Positions 37,486 through 51,704 of a stretch of DNA of 64,000 nt are shown one piece after another. Below the pieces are notes generated by a model. It saw only the letters and a list, made by a program, of their open reading frames with translations. It was not told where the DNA came from and made no database searches. Each line of letters opens with the position of its first letter. The stretch's first letter is position 1. Position numbers and translations under genes: made by a program. The DNA is from Octopus sinensis (Eukaryota), in assembly GCF_006345805.1 (NCBI RefSeq), contig NC_043014.1, forward strand, positions 41,044,001 through 41,108,000, given 5' to 3'.

Positions 37486-38276
37486 AACGATTCTGCCAGA
37501 TTGCCGCCTTTACAGTTGCCACCTACACTGTTGAGAATAATATAAATTCCAAAACTTTTAAGAAAGAAACCGAAGCAACCATTTTATAAAAATCTTTGAA
37601 CGATTTATTCTTTACATAGAGTTTCATAAATTAACCAAAAAGAGATCTCGAAACTGTTAGATTTTTACGTAAGTCTTGAGAGAATTTATCATAATTTGTT
37701 TAATTAAAAGAAAAACCCCGTTAATTAAAGAAATGTTCATTTTTCGTCTCTGCCAAGCTTTCTGGGTCGAGCTGAAGACGGTCATTGAGTCAGAAACACA
37801 TATCCACGACTGGCCTCTTATCTCCAGACAATAAGCCTGTGCTTTTTCTTAATGGCATATCAAATCTTTAATCTTGAGAGTATTTCCACTTCTTAAGTGA
37901 AGCCGCTCTTGATTACTGTATGGTAATTATTTTGACACATCCTTTAGAGGTCGAATAATTTTAATTAATTAAGAATTTATGTTGTATGGTGTTTGATACG
38001 CCTGTATTTGTCTATGATGTTCAATAACATTCCACTGGCAACCCCCAAGTTGTTTATTTCTCTCGGGTCCTTTTTGTTTAAATGATTTCATTTAGAAATT
38101 TCTTTTTAGATCTACAGTGGGGATTTCTTAGTTGGTTGCTGATTTACAACATATTTCAAATACTTTCAAGAAATCAATGCTCGACTATTTTATTAGAATT
38201 TTACGTCCTGGCCGATATTGAATACACATATATGATTATGAGTCTTTCACATGACGTAAACGTATACACAAACACT

Positions 38277-38898
38277 AAGGCGGCGAGCTGGCAGAAACGT
38301 TAGCACGCCGGGCGAAATGCTTAGCGGTATTTCGTTCTGAGTTCAAATTCCGCCGAGGTTGACTTGCCTTTCATCCTTTCGGGGTCGATTAAATTAGTAC
38401 CAGTTACGCACTGGGGTCGATTTAATCGACTTAATCCGTTTGTTTGTCCTTGTTTGTCCTCTCTGTGTTTAGCCCCTTGTGGGTAGTAAAGAAATAGGTA
38501 TTTCGTCTGCCGCTTCGTTCTGAGTTCAGATTCCGCCGAGGTCGACTTTGCCTTTCATCCTTTCGGGGTCGATTAAATAAGTACCAGTTACGTACTGGAG
38601 TCGATATAATCGACTTTATCCCTTTGTCTGTCCTTATTTGTCCCCTCTGTGTTTATGCCCTTGTGAGCAATAAAGAAATAAGAATCGTTAGCACGCTGGA
38701 CAAAATGCTTAGAGGTATTTTGCCTGCCGTTACGTTCTGAGTTCAAATTCCGCCGAGGTCGACTTTGCCTTTCATCCTTTCGGGGTCGATAAATTAAGTA
38801 CCAGTTATGCACTGGGGTCGATGTAATCGACTTAATCCCTCTGTCTGTCCTTGTTTGCCCACTCTATGTTTATCTCCTTGTGGGCAGTAAAGAAATAG
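38277..38898 (+). mobile_element. SINE family B trimer
   Basis: Head at 38277; restarts at GGTATTTCGTCTG (~38498) and AGAATCGTTAGC (~38680). Confidence 0.9.
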
Positions 38899-39130
38899 GC
38901 ATACACACACACAACACAAAAATCAAGCAAAAAAAAAAGAAAAGAAAATAAAGCAAAAAAAAGCACCCAGAAAAAAACAGAGGAAACTAGAATTATTTAA
39001 TATTAAACTCTATCGTCCACACTTATACTTCATCTCTAATAGAGCTTTCAATAGCCTTAGTTAATATCAAAGTTTGAAAAGAGTTTTGATATATATATTC
39101 TTTTCGCCTCTACTTCATTTACTGGTAATA

Positions 39131-39804
39131 TCTATATATATAAAACTGTAGTTGTGTGATTGTCTGTCCCCTTCGATTTAGATTCCTAACTACTCCCACA
39201 TTTTGCGGTGCAGTTTAACCAAATTCGGGTATCTTATAGTCGTGACTCATATCGAGCCCGTCTGAGTATTAGCGCGCGTCTACGATGAGTCTACGATTTT
39301 AAAATAATTTAACATCATTTTTTATTCCATTTTAATGCATAATTTTTCGTGTGTCGATGGCGGCGGAGTTGGCGTCCATGGTCACACCTGCACCTGTTTG
39401 CTTCTCCCCCTTCTTCCTCCCTCGTGAAGCTGTGGGGAAGGGAGTGTAAGGAAATCAACGTCGTAAAGCGTTGTCAAGGAGACCAGCGTTCTTTTAGAAC
39501 AACGACTTCATGGCTTGAAGACACCAAAACAGAAATGGCTAAGAAAGCGTCTACATGAGTCTACGATTTAAAAAAAAAATTACCATCATTTTTTCCATTT
39601 TAATGCATTTTTTCGCTATTATATAGGGGAAGTAACTCTCTAAAAATATCTACGATGAGTCAACGATTTAAAAAAAAAAAATTACCATCATTTTTTATTC
39701 CATTTTTAATGCATTTTTTTGCTATTTCTTTGCTATAACTCTCTAAAAATGCTTATATAGTTATTTCCCTTACAAACCCGAGCAACGCCGGGCGATACTG
39801 CTAG
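39131..39804 (+). mobile_element. Non-autonomous Helitron (interior type 2, with internal tandem repeats)
   Basis: A|TCTATATATATAAAACTGTAG start, 3' hairpin and CTAG|T. Several copies of the GAGTCTACGATT...CATCATTTTTT...CCATTTT unit. Confidence 0.9.
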
Positions 39805-40407
39805 TGTAAAATAAAGAAAGGAAATTACTATAGCGTCGCTTTACAACGATGAGGTAGCTAATTCCAACGCTTTTGTTCTGCTTTTTATTGGTTGATTAAT
39901 TTCAAACACCGAAAGGATTTTTAGCTTCGAATTGATGTGATTCCAGTTAGAAACAATTTTCTGAGACAGTAGTTTGTAACAAAAGCGTTTTAGTTGAATC
40001 ACTATGGAATCGATCATGGCTTGGAAGGTATTCATAGGAACACGCACAGTTTTGCACTGGCTGACGCATACAGCCGCCGTGTATGCATTTATGTATAGTC
40101 ATGCGTACAGCGCCGTAGGGACGCATACAGATGGAAGTCATACAGGTAGGTAGGTGTACAGGTACACTCATCCGTGTGCAGACTCGTATATACAGGCCTA
40201 TACAGGAATGCGTGCTTGTGGATATACTGATGCATGTGCGTAAAGACCAACGTACTTACACACACAAACAATAGAATTTCTGCAGGCGCGCACACTCGTG
40301 TGCATACACACACACGCCATGCACTCATACATGCATACATATATACATACATACATACATACATACATGCATACATATATACATACATACATACATGCAT
40401 ACATGCA

Positions 40408-40441
<34 letters not shown>

Positions 40442-40535
40442 CATACATACATACATGCATACATACATCTATGCATCTATGCATCTATGTGAATAGACAC
40501 TACATATATGTATATATATATGTATATATATGTAT

Positions 40536-40582
<47 letters not shown>

Positions 40583-40882
40583 ATATATATATATATGTGT
40601 GTGGTGTGTGTGTGTGTATGTGCATATACATAAACATGTATACATACAGATCAAATTCATCCGAGCGCAACTATATGGTTTCTGTATTGAACTTAATTAG
40701 CTCTCACCTACTGACTGTAAGCATGTACATATATATATATATGTATATATACATACATACATACATACACATACACATACACACACACATACACACATAT
40801 ATATACATGTATATACATATTCTATGTTTATATATAGAAATTTGTGTATGCGTATATGTGTATATATGTATATATCTATATG

Positions 40883-40913
<31 letters not shown>

Positions 40914-40974
40914 ATATATATGTATGTATTTACTTATATATGCATGTATTTGTAGACATATGTATGTATGTGTG

Positions 40975-41005
<31 letters not shown>

Positions 41006-41022
41006 CTCTCTATCTCTATCTT

Positions 41023-41067
<45 letters not shown>

Positions 41068-41814
41068 ACATACATACATACATACATATACATATACCAT
41101 TATATTATATACAATAACATAAGCCATTCCTACAACCTCACTCTTAACCTGAGAAAAAAGCTGTGATCTATGTAATATGTTGAAATATCGTGCAAACTCC
41201 TCACAACCAAGAGTACTTTCAACGTTAACAACAATTCAAATACGATAAAAAAAAACCCACGTAAAATTGTTAAATCACTGTTTCTTAGACGCGCACACGT
41301 TCACACACATACACATAAACATACATATAAGCACACACACAGACGCGCGCGCATATGGTTCACGAATATGGAGGTGGAACGAGCAAGTTCTGACGATAAT
41401 GTCCTGAAAGATATTAGTAACGTAAGCAAAGTTGAACTTACTGGTTATAGAAATCGAGTCAAAGTTAACAGCGATAATCACGAGAAGAGGAAATCAACGA
41501 AAAACTGCTGAAGTTTTGAAGTTAAGGTAAGAATGATTTCAATCATTTTAACAAATGATTGAAAGAATTCCAAAGAGAATTTGAAAAATATTTTACACAT
41601 TTTCACCGTTCCATTTACTGGTTGGAGCTATAGATTACGATTTTTTTTTTTTTTCTTCCTCTGATTTTATGAGTAGAATTTTAAAGAGACCAAAGCAAAG
41701 GTGCAGATATGTCTACACGTATGGGTATGAAGTTCGTTTTGCAAAAGATGCCGTTGTATATTTATATATATATAAAGGTATGTGTACGCGTATGCACATT
41801 TGACATATATATAT

Positions 41815-41875
41815 CATCATCATCATCATCATCATCGTTTAACGTCCGCTTTCCATGCTAGCATGGGTTGGACTA
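41815..41875 (-). mobile_element. Extreme 3' end of a retroposon with (GAT)n tail
   Basis: Minus strand: CCAACCCATGCTAGCATGGAAAGCGGACGTTAAAC(GAT)n, an RTE-type tail. Confidence 0.65.
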
Positions 41876-41884
41876 TATGTATAT

Positions 41885-42140
41885 AAGTGGAAGCGCAATG
41901 GCCCAGTGGTTAGGGCAGCGGACTCGCGGCTTCGATTCTCAGACCGGGCGTTGTGAGTGTTTATTGAGCGAAAACACCTAAAAGCTCCACGAGGCTCCGG
42001 CAGGGGGTGGTGATCCCTGCTGTACTCTTTCACCACTCTTTCTCCCACTCTTTCTTCTGTTGGCCTGCTCGCTTAGCCAGCGGGGTAGCGTCATTCGAAG
42101 GCTAAAACAATGCGAACGCACTGTGACCAGCGATGTGTAA
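41885..42140 (+). mobile_element. SINE family C (tRNA-derived)
   Basis: GTGGAAGCGCAATGGCCCAGTGGTTAGGGCAGCGGACTCGCGG...TTCGATT head. Copies at 53955-54160 (+) and 54398-54778 (-). Confidence 0.85.
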
Positions 42141-42492
42141 CTACATCTGATGGACTGATGGATTGTTCTCCCACCCACAACATCGCTTGACTACCGATGC
42201 TGGTTCGGCAAAAGAGACCGATAGAATAAGTACTAGGCTTACAAAGAATAGTCCTGGGGTCGATTTCCTCGACTAAAGGCAGTGCTCCAGCATGGCCACA
42301 GTCAAATGACTGAAACAAGTAAATGAAATGAAAAAGAATGAAAATATGTATATTTGTATGTATGTATGTGTGCTTATAAATCTCTACTTTTACTTAACTC
42401 CACAATTCATATGAGACAATATCCTCTTACTGCCAGGTCTCGTATCTTCCATCTTCCGTCTTTAACATTTCATACATACACACACAAACACA

Positions 42493-42537
<45 letters not shown>

Positions 42538-42699
42538 GATGATGCCTTAGTTGTTCGAAAAACTGAAGTCTCTGTCAACCAAATTCTTGTGTAAGAATGA
42601 TAAATTTGTACTCTACAAAAGTATAGAGTAACCCGACGGATTAACGTAAAATTGTTTTATAACTGTACATAAAAAACAAACATAATATATTAAAAATAT

Positions 42700-42826
<127 letters not shown>

Positions 42827-43084
42827 ATATATGTATGTATGTATGTTAAACGCGTGAACGTGTCAATACGTTTTGGAACGTGATGTTATGGTAGGTAAAA
42901 TCTCTTACACATTATTATAAGGAGTAAGTGAGAGGCAGGTGGTTTTCCTTTTAAGACTCCCTAATTGAAGGTAAGATAGGGCCAAGATAAACGGAAACGT
43001 TAGAATTTACCTGTCAAATCTTTATATATTCGCTTGAAAAAAAAATCAATAAAAATTTGATCAATACAGTCGTACTGCCTGTTG

Positions 43085-43168
43085 CTGTTCTTGTTGTTGT
43101 TGCTGCTGTTGTTGTTGTTGTTACTGCTGTTTTGTTTTCTTGTTGGTATTAGTAGTAGTAGTAGTAGT

Positions 43169-43206
<38 letters not shown>

Positions 43207-43297
43207 TGTAGTAGTAGTAGTAGTTGTAATAGTAGTAGTAGTAGTAGTAGTTGTAGTAGTAGTAGTTGTAATAGTAGTAGTAGTAGTAGTAGTAGTT

Positions 43298-43353
<56 letters not shown>

Positions 43354-43355
43354 GA
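43085..43355. repeat. (TTG)n/(TAG)n microsatellite
   Basis: Direct reading. Confidence 0.95.
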
Positions 43356-44665
43356 CGTGATGGAGGTTTGGAAGTAACGGATGTTGACGCATTGGTGGAT
43401 GTACCGGTGTTGGCGTTGTTGGTGGTTGTGAGCGCTTTAGATACTGTCATGGCAATAGATAAAGTTAGTGGCGAAGTCCTTGATGGTGATTTAATTGCTG
43501 CATGTGGTGGTTGGCGATGGTGGTTCTGATGTTATTAGTACCAGTGTTGGATTTGTTAGCGGAAGAAGCGTTGAAAGTTGAAGTCGCGTGAGTGTTAGAT
43601 GCAGTAGTTGTGATGAATTTCATCAGAGTATGTTTATGTGCGCTTGTAATTGTACAAAATGTGTGTGTTTAGAGCGGTGATGACGGAAGTAATAGCAGTT
43701 CTGGTGGCGGATTTAGTTCGAGAGTTGTCTGTGATTTTATGTGAAATGAAAATGTTAAAAGAAAAAGCAAAAAAAAAAAAAAAAAGCAAATGGTGGCTTC
43801 GAAAATGGCGGATGTTGAAAACTGGGAGAGATTGATGTAAGAATTATATAGTATCTAAGTCGAAGTATGTGGTATTGAGCTGCAGAATTAAGGTAACTCA
43901 ATACCACACACATTGATTTGGTTACTACCATATTATTATTATATAATTTCCCCCGTATTTATAATAGCACCCACCATTTTCCGGGTACAGAGCGGCAGTG
44001 AAAAATGGGAGACAGATAGGTGTAGGAGGAGCAATAACGAAAAAGAAGAGAATATCACATAAGAATTGAGTGAACTAGATGAATGGGTTTGTCGACAGAT
44101 AGATAGATAGATAGATGTATGGATAAATATAAGTATGTACAGAATTAGATTTATACATACGTACATGCATACATATATATACATATATGCATATATACAT
44201 ACAGACACACACATAAATGTGTGAATATGTGCAAATGTATATATAAATGTGTAAATATATTTACATATGCGTGTATATATATAAATATACATATATATAT
44301 ATATGTAGATAGATAAGTAGATAGATAAAAGTGTGTGTACATATATATATATATATAAGCACACACACATTTATATCTATAAATCTATCTATCTATATGT
44401 GTGAATATGTGTGTTTATATGTATATACATATACATATGTACATGCATACGTACACACTCACATAAATATATATATATATATGTACAAATATATATATAA
44501 ATATATAAATGTGCGTATATATACAAATGTATATATAAATGTGTAGATATATGTACATATGCGTGTATATATATAAATATAAATATATATATATAGATAT
44601 AGATATAGATAGGTAGATAGATATAAATGTGTGTGTGTGTATATATATATATACACACATATCTC

Positions 44666-44730
<65 letters not shown>

Positions 44731-44733
44731 GTT

Positions 44734-44795
<62 letters not shown>

Positions 44796-44861
44796 GATCT
44801 ATCTATCTATCTGTCTGTCTGTCTGTCTGTCTATCTATATATATCTATGTATATATATATA

Positions 44862-44909
<48 letters not shown>

Positions 44910-45499
44910 ACAGATAGATAGATAGATAGATAAATAGACGGAGGGATCTACTGAGCGAAAATAATCGAGATAAATGATACTATAGCGATGCTGAGAACCG
45001 ATATAAAGTCGTGCAAGTAGACAGGTAAAGGAAACGTTAAAGAAAGAATGGTGAGAAGAAAGAAAACAACGGAAAATTAATTCCATGTTTCGCCACGAAT
45101 TAAAGGTGCTTCAAGAAGTGTGAAGAGATATAAATATATTAGAGTTTCTGTGAGAGATAATCGCCCAGGTGTTGCGTTATAGCGCTCTTTTTTTTCAGCA
45201 TATTTAGGGAATTGTATTTTTAGATTGATAGAAAAGTGACAATATTCTTACAAACTAATGATAAACAAAAAAGAAAATATTGAAGATTGTTTGAAGAAAT
45301 ATGATCGATACTTTTCTCTTTCTCTTTGGTTTGGGATTCGTAGGGATATGTAATAATGTTCAGATAACGTTATTATGTGTGATCGAAAAACTGTGTTTAG
45401 AATAAACGGATAGATTCGTATGAGAGATATGGCTTTTTAAGAGAAACGCTTCTGAATGACATGAACATATATCATCATACAGGTAGAAGGAATATTTAA

Positions 45500-46460
45500 A
45501 GACTCTAGTGATATGAGAGAAAGAGAGAAAGAGGGAGAGAGGTAAAAAGAGAGGCAGGCAGACAGATAGACAGTCAGGCAAACAGACAGAGAAAGAGAGG
45601 TGAGAGCAATAGAAGCAGAGATAGATATGGACACAGAGATGTGGAAGAGGGAAAGAGAGAAAGAGAGGGAAGAAAATAGAGATAGATAGAGAGAGAGATG
45701 TGGGAGAGTGAAAGAGAGAAAGAAAGAGGGAAAGAAAATAGAGACAGACAGAGATAGATATAGACAGAAAGATGTGGGAGAGGAAAAGAGAGGGAGAGGG
45801 AAGAAAAATAGAGAGAGAGAAGGAAGAAAAATAGAGATAGACAGAGAGATATGGGAGAAGGAAAGAGAGAGAGGGAATGAAAATAGAGACAGACAGAGAT
45901 AGATATAGACAGACAGATGTGGGAGAGGGAAGAGAGAGAGTGGGAAGTAAAACAGAAACAGAGAAGTAGATGGCGATAGAGAGATGAGAAAGAGAGAAAG
46001 AGAGAGAGAAAGAATGAGTGGAGGAAGAGAGGGGGTGAGTAAGAGGGTGGAGAGAAAGAGGTGAGGAAGAGAGTGAGATAGGCACAGAGATAATCTGATT
46101 GAGAGAGACAGAAAGAGAGAGGGGAGAAAGATAAGAGACAGGCGAATAGATAACGATAGATAAAGATAGATGGAGAGAGATGAGACAGAGAATGAGAGAG
46201 AAAGAGAAAGAGAAAAGTGAAAGATGAGGAAAGATGGGAGGGGGAGATAGTAGTGAGGGAGAAAGAGATGGGAGGAGGAGAGATAGTGGGGAGGAAGTGG
46301 AGAGAAGGAGAGAAATAGAGACAGACAGAGATGAATTGATAGAAAGAGCAAGAGCGAGAAAGAATGAGACAAGAGAGAGAGAGAAAGAGAGAGAGAGAGT
46401 GAGAGAGTGAGAGAGAGAGAGTGTGTGTGAGAGAGCGAGAGATTGAGACAGAGAGATAGT
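45500..46460. repeat. ~1-kb purine-rich (GA) tract with a degenerate 60-75-bp higher-order repeat
   Basis: GAT(G/A)TGG(G)A(G)AGG recurs about five times between ~45630 and 45930; strong purine/pyrimidine strand asymmetry. Confidence 0.85.
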
Positions 46461-46987
46461 GAGGTTAAGCGAAGGAGAGCTACGTTATGGCAAAGACGTC
46501 TCAAACTAGTTTCTTCTTGTGAGTGCTTCTTTCTTCCAACATCATAAAATTGAAAATGGGAATGAACAAGAAATAAGGTTTAACGAGAGCTCACCACAAA
46601 AACATGTCACCTATTTATGAATATATTGATATAGTTTATAAAAGATTGCACCCCCCCCCCCAAAAAAAAAACCCCCCAAAAACCATATTCAACGAAGAAA
46701 TAGGATAATGGCTTATTGGTGTATTTCAGTGATTATAATGTCGTGTCTAATAAAAAAAAAATAAAATAATCAAACCTGAAGATGAAACCTTTATAAAGAC
46801 TCGAGATAAGACTGTAAAATGAAAAAGGATTGGGGACTTTATCTTAAAGTCGGTTCTTGTTAAATCCATTTAGAGAAACTTAATTAATGGCAGTTACTGT
46901 AATTATGGTTTAAAAGCCAAGATTAAATCAGGGAAATCAGTTCAGAACTAAATATATTTGTCATATATAGAAGGGTATAATCTAATA

Positions 46988-47077
<90 letters not shown>

Positions 47078-47153
47078 ATGTCTGTCTGTCTGTCTGCCTC
47101 TCTCCCCTCTCTCTCTCTATCTATCTATCAATCAATCTATCTATCCATCTATC

Positions 47154-48576
47154 TCTTTCGCTTCTTGTGGAAAGGATGCGTCCCGATGGTCAGGCGATCC
47201 ATTTGCTGTCAACACCCGCTAAAAGGAGGGCTGGGCATGCCGTGGTTGATGATGCGCAGACACGCGCTGACACTGCGACATCTCTGGCTCTATGTAGACG
47301 ACGGTGAACAGGTGTGGTCGCCGTTTGTGAGGCACGCTTTCCCGCAGCTCGTCTCCATGACCGAACTGCAGTCGTGGATCAAAAAGAGGCCGAGGAAGGG
47401 TGATTGGCACCGCGAGTGTCGCGTTGCTCTCAAGCAACTCTGCCGTCCCGGGTCGACCTTGAGTGACTTCAACACAACCAAAGCATTCTATAGGGGATTA
47501 GTGGAGGGGAGGTACGACGACGAGCTCGGGGCGAACCTGGACGTCGACGAGGAGTACCTGACCCGCCTGTTCAGGACGACTTTCGGGCCAGGGCCCATGG
47601 ACAACTTCCAGAGATCCCTGGCCTGGCAGTGCTACCGAAAAGCGCTACCCGTTCGGTATAAGCTCTACAGACACAGCTCGAGAAACACGGGGCCGACCTG
47701 CCCGAGATTGCGGTCAGAGCGACGAAACCGTTCTGCACGCACTCGTGCAGTGTCCAACAATTTCCGACCTGTGGGCTTATGTCAAACAACTGCTGTCACG
47801 TGTGGGACGAGTCGGTTTATCAGCTGAGTCTATCGTCAATATTGTCACGCCTCCTTCCTTCAAACGGGAAGGAAGAGCTATTTTCATCATCCTTGTGGCT
47901 ATGGCTAAAGAATGTATCTGGTGGACGCGTCTGAAAGAATTGGAGACAAACACTTTCCTCTCTGGTCAATCTCTCATCAACTTCTTCAAGTACCACTTGA
48001 AAAGGAAAGTGAGAGTAGAGAGGCAAGTTTTGTCTAGCGAATGTTTTAAAAAAAGATGGGTGAATGTAGCAAGGATGGCACGTATGAATGACGAAGCCAC
48101 CTTGAGCATAATCCTATGAACCCAGAAATTGAAAACAGAGGTTACCCACTTGCAAACAAATGTGGTAACATATAACAATATTGACCAAGGTTACCGTGGT
48201 CTTTTTCGTAGGCTTTTCTTCCCACGGATAAACCTTACTTGCTTTCCCCTTTACACCATATATCATAACACTGTGATACACGATCCCTATTGATCGTTCT
48301 TTTTTTTCCTCTTCCCCTTTTTTTCCCCTTTTTTCTTCTTTTTTCATTTCTCTTTCCTTTTGTTCCTTTTCCTTTTCTTTTTTTTTCTTTTTATTCTTTT
48401 TATTTTATTCAATTTTTTTTGTTCTTTTCTTCCCTTTTACGATCCCTCTTGATCGAAAACCTACGCCACCCCCTTTTTTTTCTTTTGTTTTTTGTTCTCT
48501 TCATCCCCCAAAAGAAAAGCTCTACCTTGTAACTTGTCCCATCTGTGTGCAGCCCTGTGTGGCCAATAAAGAAACT
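47154..48576 (+). mobile_element. 5'-truncated Tx1/L1-clade LINE with 12-bp TSD
   Basis: LFRFLWKG...GGLGMP...AWQCYRKALPV; zf-RVT (CPR.(C)GQSDETVLHALVQC, frameshifted at ~47705); FFKYHLKRKVRVE. Pyrimidine-rich 3' UTR, AATAAA at 48565-48570. TSD TATCCATCTATC at 47142-47153 and 48577-48588. Confidence 0.92.
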
Positions 48577-48640
48577 TATCCATCTATCCATCTATCTAGC
48601 TATCCATCTATCAATCTATCCATTCATCCATCCATCCATC

Positions 48641-48695
<55 letters not shown>

Positions 48696-48711
48696 ATCCA
48701 TCCATCCATCC

Positions 48712-48770
<59 letters not shown>

Positions 48771-49199
48771 ACTCTGTCTGTCTGTCTGTGTGCGTCTCTC
48801 TCCCTCTCTCTCTCTCTCTATCGATCTATCTATCTATCTCATTCTTTGTCTTTCTTTGGTCTCAGTCTCAGTCCCTGTCTGTCTGTCTGTCTGTTACTCT
48901 CTGTCTCTCTCTCTATCTAGATTGATTGATTAACAGATGGAAAAATAGATTGATAGATTTATAGCTAAATAGTTAGATTGTGACTGAGTATACATTCTAT
49001 CTGGCCGTCCATTAAAAAGGCATTACTTTTGTCGTGTTGAGCTTCTCGTAAACCTACTTATCAGGCTTGTCTCTTGCGTATGTTCTCTGGCAATCTGCCT
49101 TTCATCCCACCATGGGGTAAAAAAAATAACATACTAGTCAAGTAACTCCCTCCCCTCAAATTTTCTGGCCGTATGCTTAAATCAAAAACCGTTATTTAC

Positions 49200-50030
49200 C
49201 ACCTCATAAGGAATTTTGTATAAAGCCGACAGTCCGTTGAAATTCACCATCATTTGAGGTGAAATTGATGTGAAGCAAGGAGTCCTTGCAATAACCATCA
49301 TCTAAGTATACCTCTTTGCTGTATATTAGCCTGATGTATATGAAAATGAGACTTCTTTAAATGCAGAACATATAACCAGGTAAAATGAAGGTGTCTTACA
49401 TAGCAGCCGATTCTTGTTGGTGAATCAACTCTGCCACATTGGCTCGACATGGCTTGGCAGAGTGATGCGGTTTTTATCCTCATGCTCAAAAGTACTCAAG
49501 CGGTTACTTCGACCCCAATACACAACTAGTACTTTTTTTATCGACCCCGAAAAGACGAAAGGTCAACCTCGGCGGAATTTGAACTCAGAACATAAAGACG
49601 GGCGAAACACAGCTAAATGTTTCGCCCGGTGTGCTAAAGATTCTCTCAGCTCGTCGGCTTGGACCATGTAAAACCATAACTAAAGTCGGAGACGTCTTGA
49701 AGAGAAATCTCACACGCTCGAACATCGAATCAAAGGAGTTCCAAACTGATCCAAAGGATTGGAAGACACTGAGAAATCGCTCTCTTATTGACTGTGAATT
49801 CTTTAGATCAGGCAGGGGAAAGCAAGAAGGACCGAAAAGCTTATACGAGAAAGAGAAACATATCTGCCGTTAGTGAGAAACAACCACCGACTAAAGGCAT
49901 ATTATTGACTGTTTTGAAGAATTTCGAGTCTCCACAAACAATTGGGAACTCACATTAGAAGAAAGCGGAATACAAATAACCGAAGGGGAAGCACTGGACA
50001 ACTTCTGGAATGGAGAAAACATGCGACAAT
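49200..50030 (+). mobile_element. Decayed RTE LINE remnants interrupted by a family B SINE (49490-49655)
   Basis: DVKQGVL (RT motif) at ~49270; KVGDVLKRNL...DWK and DCFEEFRVSTNNWELT resemble RTE C-termini. Confidence 0.6.
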
Positions 50031-50277
50031 AGACATACATACATACATAATACATACATACATACATACATACATACATACATACATACATACATACATA
50101 CATACAGACATACATGCATAATATATACATACATACATACATAATACATGCATAATACACATATACATGCATAATACATACGTACATACATACATACATA
50201 CATACATAATAAATACATACATACATAATACATACATACATACATGCATAATATATACATACATACATACATACATA

Positions 50278-50309
<32 letters not shown>

Positions 50310-51498
50310 TACATACATACATACATATATAAAGACATACATACATATATACATACATACATGTACATAGACGTAAATATAAATATGTATGCATACATAC
50401 AAACACACTCATGCATACATACTTGCATGCATATATACATACATGCATGTATATATACATATATGTATGCATACATGCATACATGTATATATACATACAT
50501 GTATGCATACACGCATACATAGATATATACGTACACACAAATATCCATACATACATACGTACAAACAGGCATACATACATATTTACATACAAACACGTAC
50601 AAATCAAAAGATTATATTATATATACAGATAGAGAGCAAGAGAGAGAGAGAGAGAGAGGGGGGAGGGAGAGAAGGAGTAGGAGTAGGAAAGCGAAAAGGA
50701 TGTATTTCTTAGGAAATGTAACTTTACAAAAACTTTATCTAATGTTATATTTTCTCACATTCTTAGTATAAAAAGCTTGCCCTGCGGGATGTTTTCTATA
50801 TTAAGTGAGATACGTTACATTCATATTGTAATTCTTTACATAACCAGTTTAATATCTTTCAAGCATTTCACGTTTCCTGTCATAAAAGCTCGCAGACAAA
50901 TAAAATCACTTCTTACTTATTGAATCTGCTTTCTTATCCTTCCAGACGATAAGCATTGGACAACGAAAATTAATTTTATCAAAAAAAAATAGAGATAAAA
51001 ACGTAAAACAGAAACTTTATAAATGCAAAACTAAGACGAAAAAGTTTTGCAACACAGATTTCTTGCAGAAAGGAATTACAAGGATTTAACAAAGAAAATT
51101 GGATGTAAAACTTAGGAAATTCGATGTGGTGACAATGAGGTTAAGTGGTGCATAGGAACAGGGGTAATAGTGGTAATAGGGGATAGGTTTATATGCTTAA
51201 TTAGACTTTGGAGAACGGAATGGTTTCAAAGAAGAAAATAATTTCAGAGAATCGAATCAATTTATCTGTGTAGAAAACAACTTGATTATATATACCATTG
51301 TCTACTTTCACATTAATACCTACATACACACACATACACATACACACAACAAACAAACAAACAAACACACACACATATGCACACAAGCATACACAGAGAC
51401 ATACGTACATACATAGATACATACGGGCATACATAAATACATGCGTATATACATCCACCATCTATCCAAGATAGATGACGAATGCACACACACACACG

Positions 51499-51552
<54 letters not shown>

Positions 51553-51563
51553 ATATATATATA

Positions 51564-51609
<46 letters not shown>

Positions 51610-51670
51610 CATATGTATATAAATGCATTATATACATGTATGTATGTATGTATATATGTATGTATGTATG

Positions 51671-51704
<34 letters not shown>

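Noticed and set aside
43380-43640. Thr/Asn/Ser-rich minus-strand ORFs (MKFITTTASN..., MTVSKALTTTNN...)
   Set aside because: Degenerate (ACC/AAC)n sequence continuous with the microsatellite; no splice or homology support.
44228-44680. ~290-bp tandem duplication of compound microsatellite
   Set aside because: Ordinary slippage or unequal exchange in low-complexity DNA.
46775-46815. Other hammerhead-like CTGAAGA/CTGATGA cores (also ~5900, ~52645, ~54375, ~58950)
   Set aside because: No properly closed stem II followed by GAAA.
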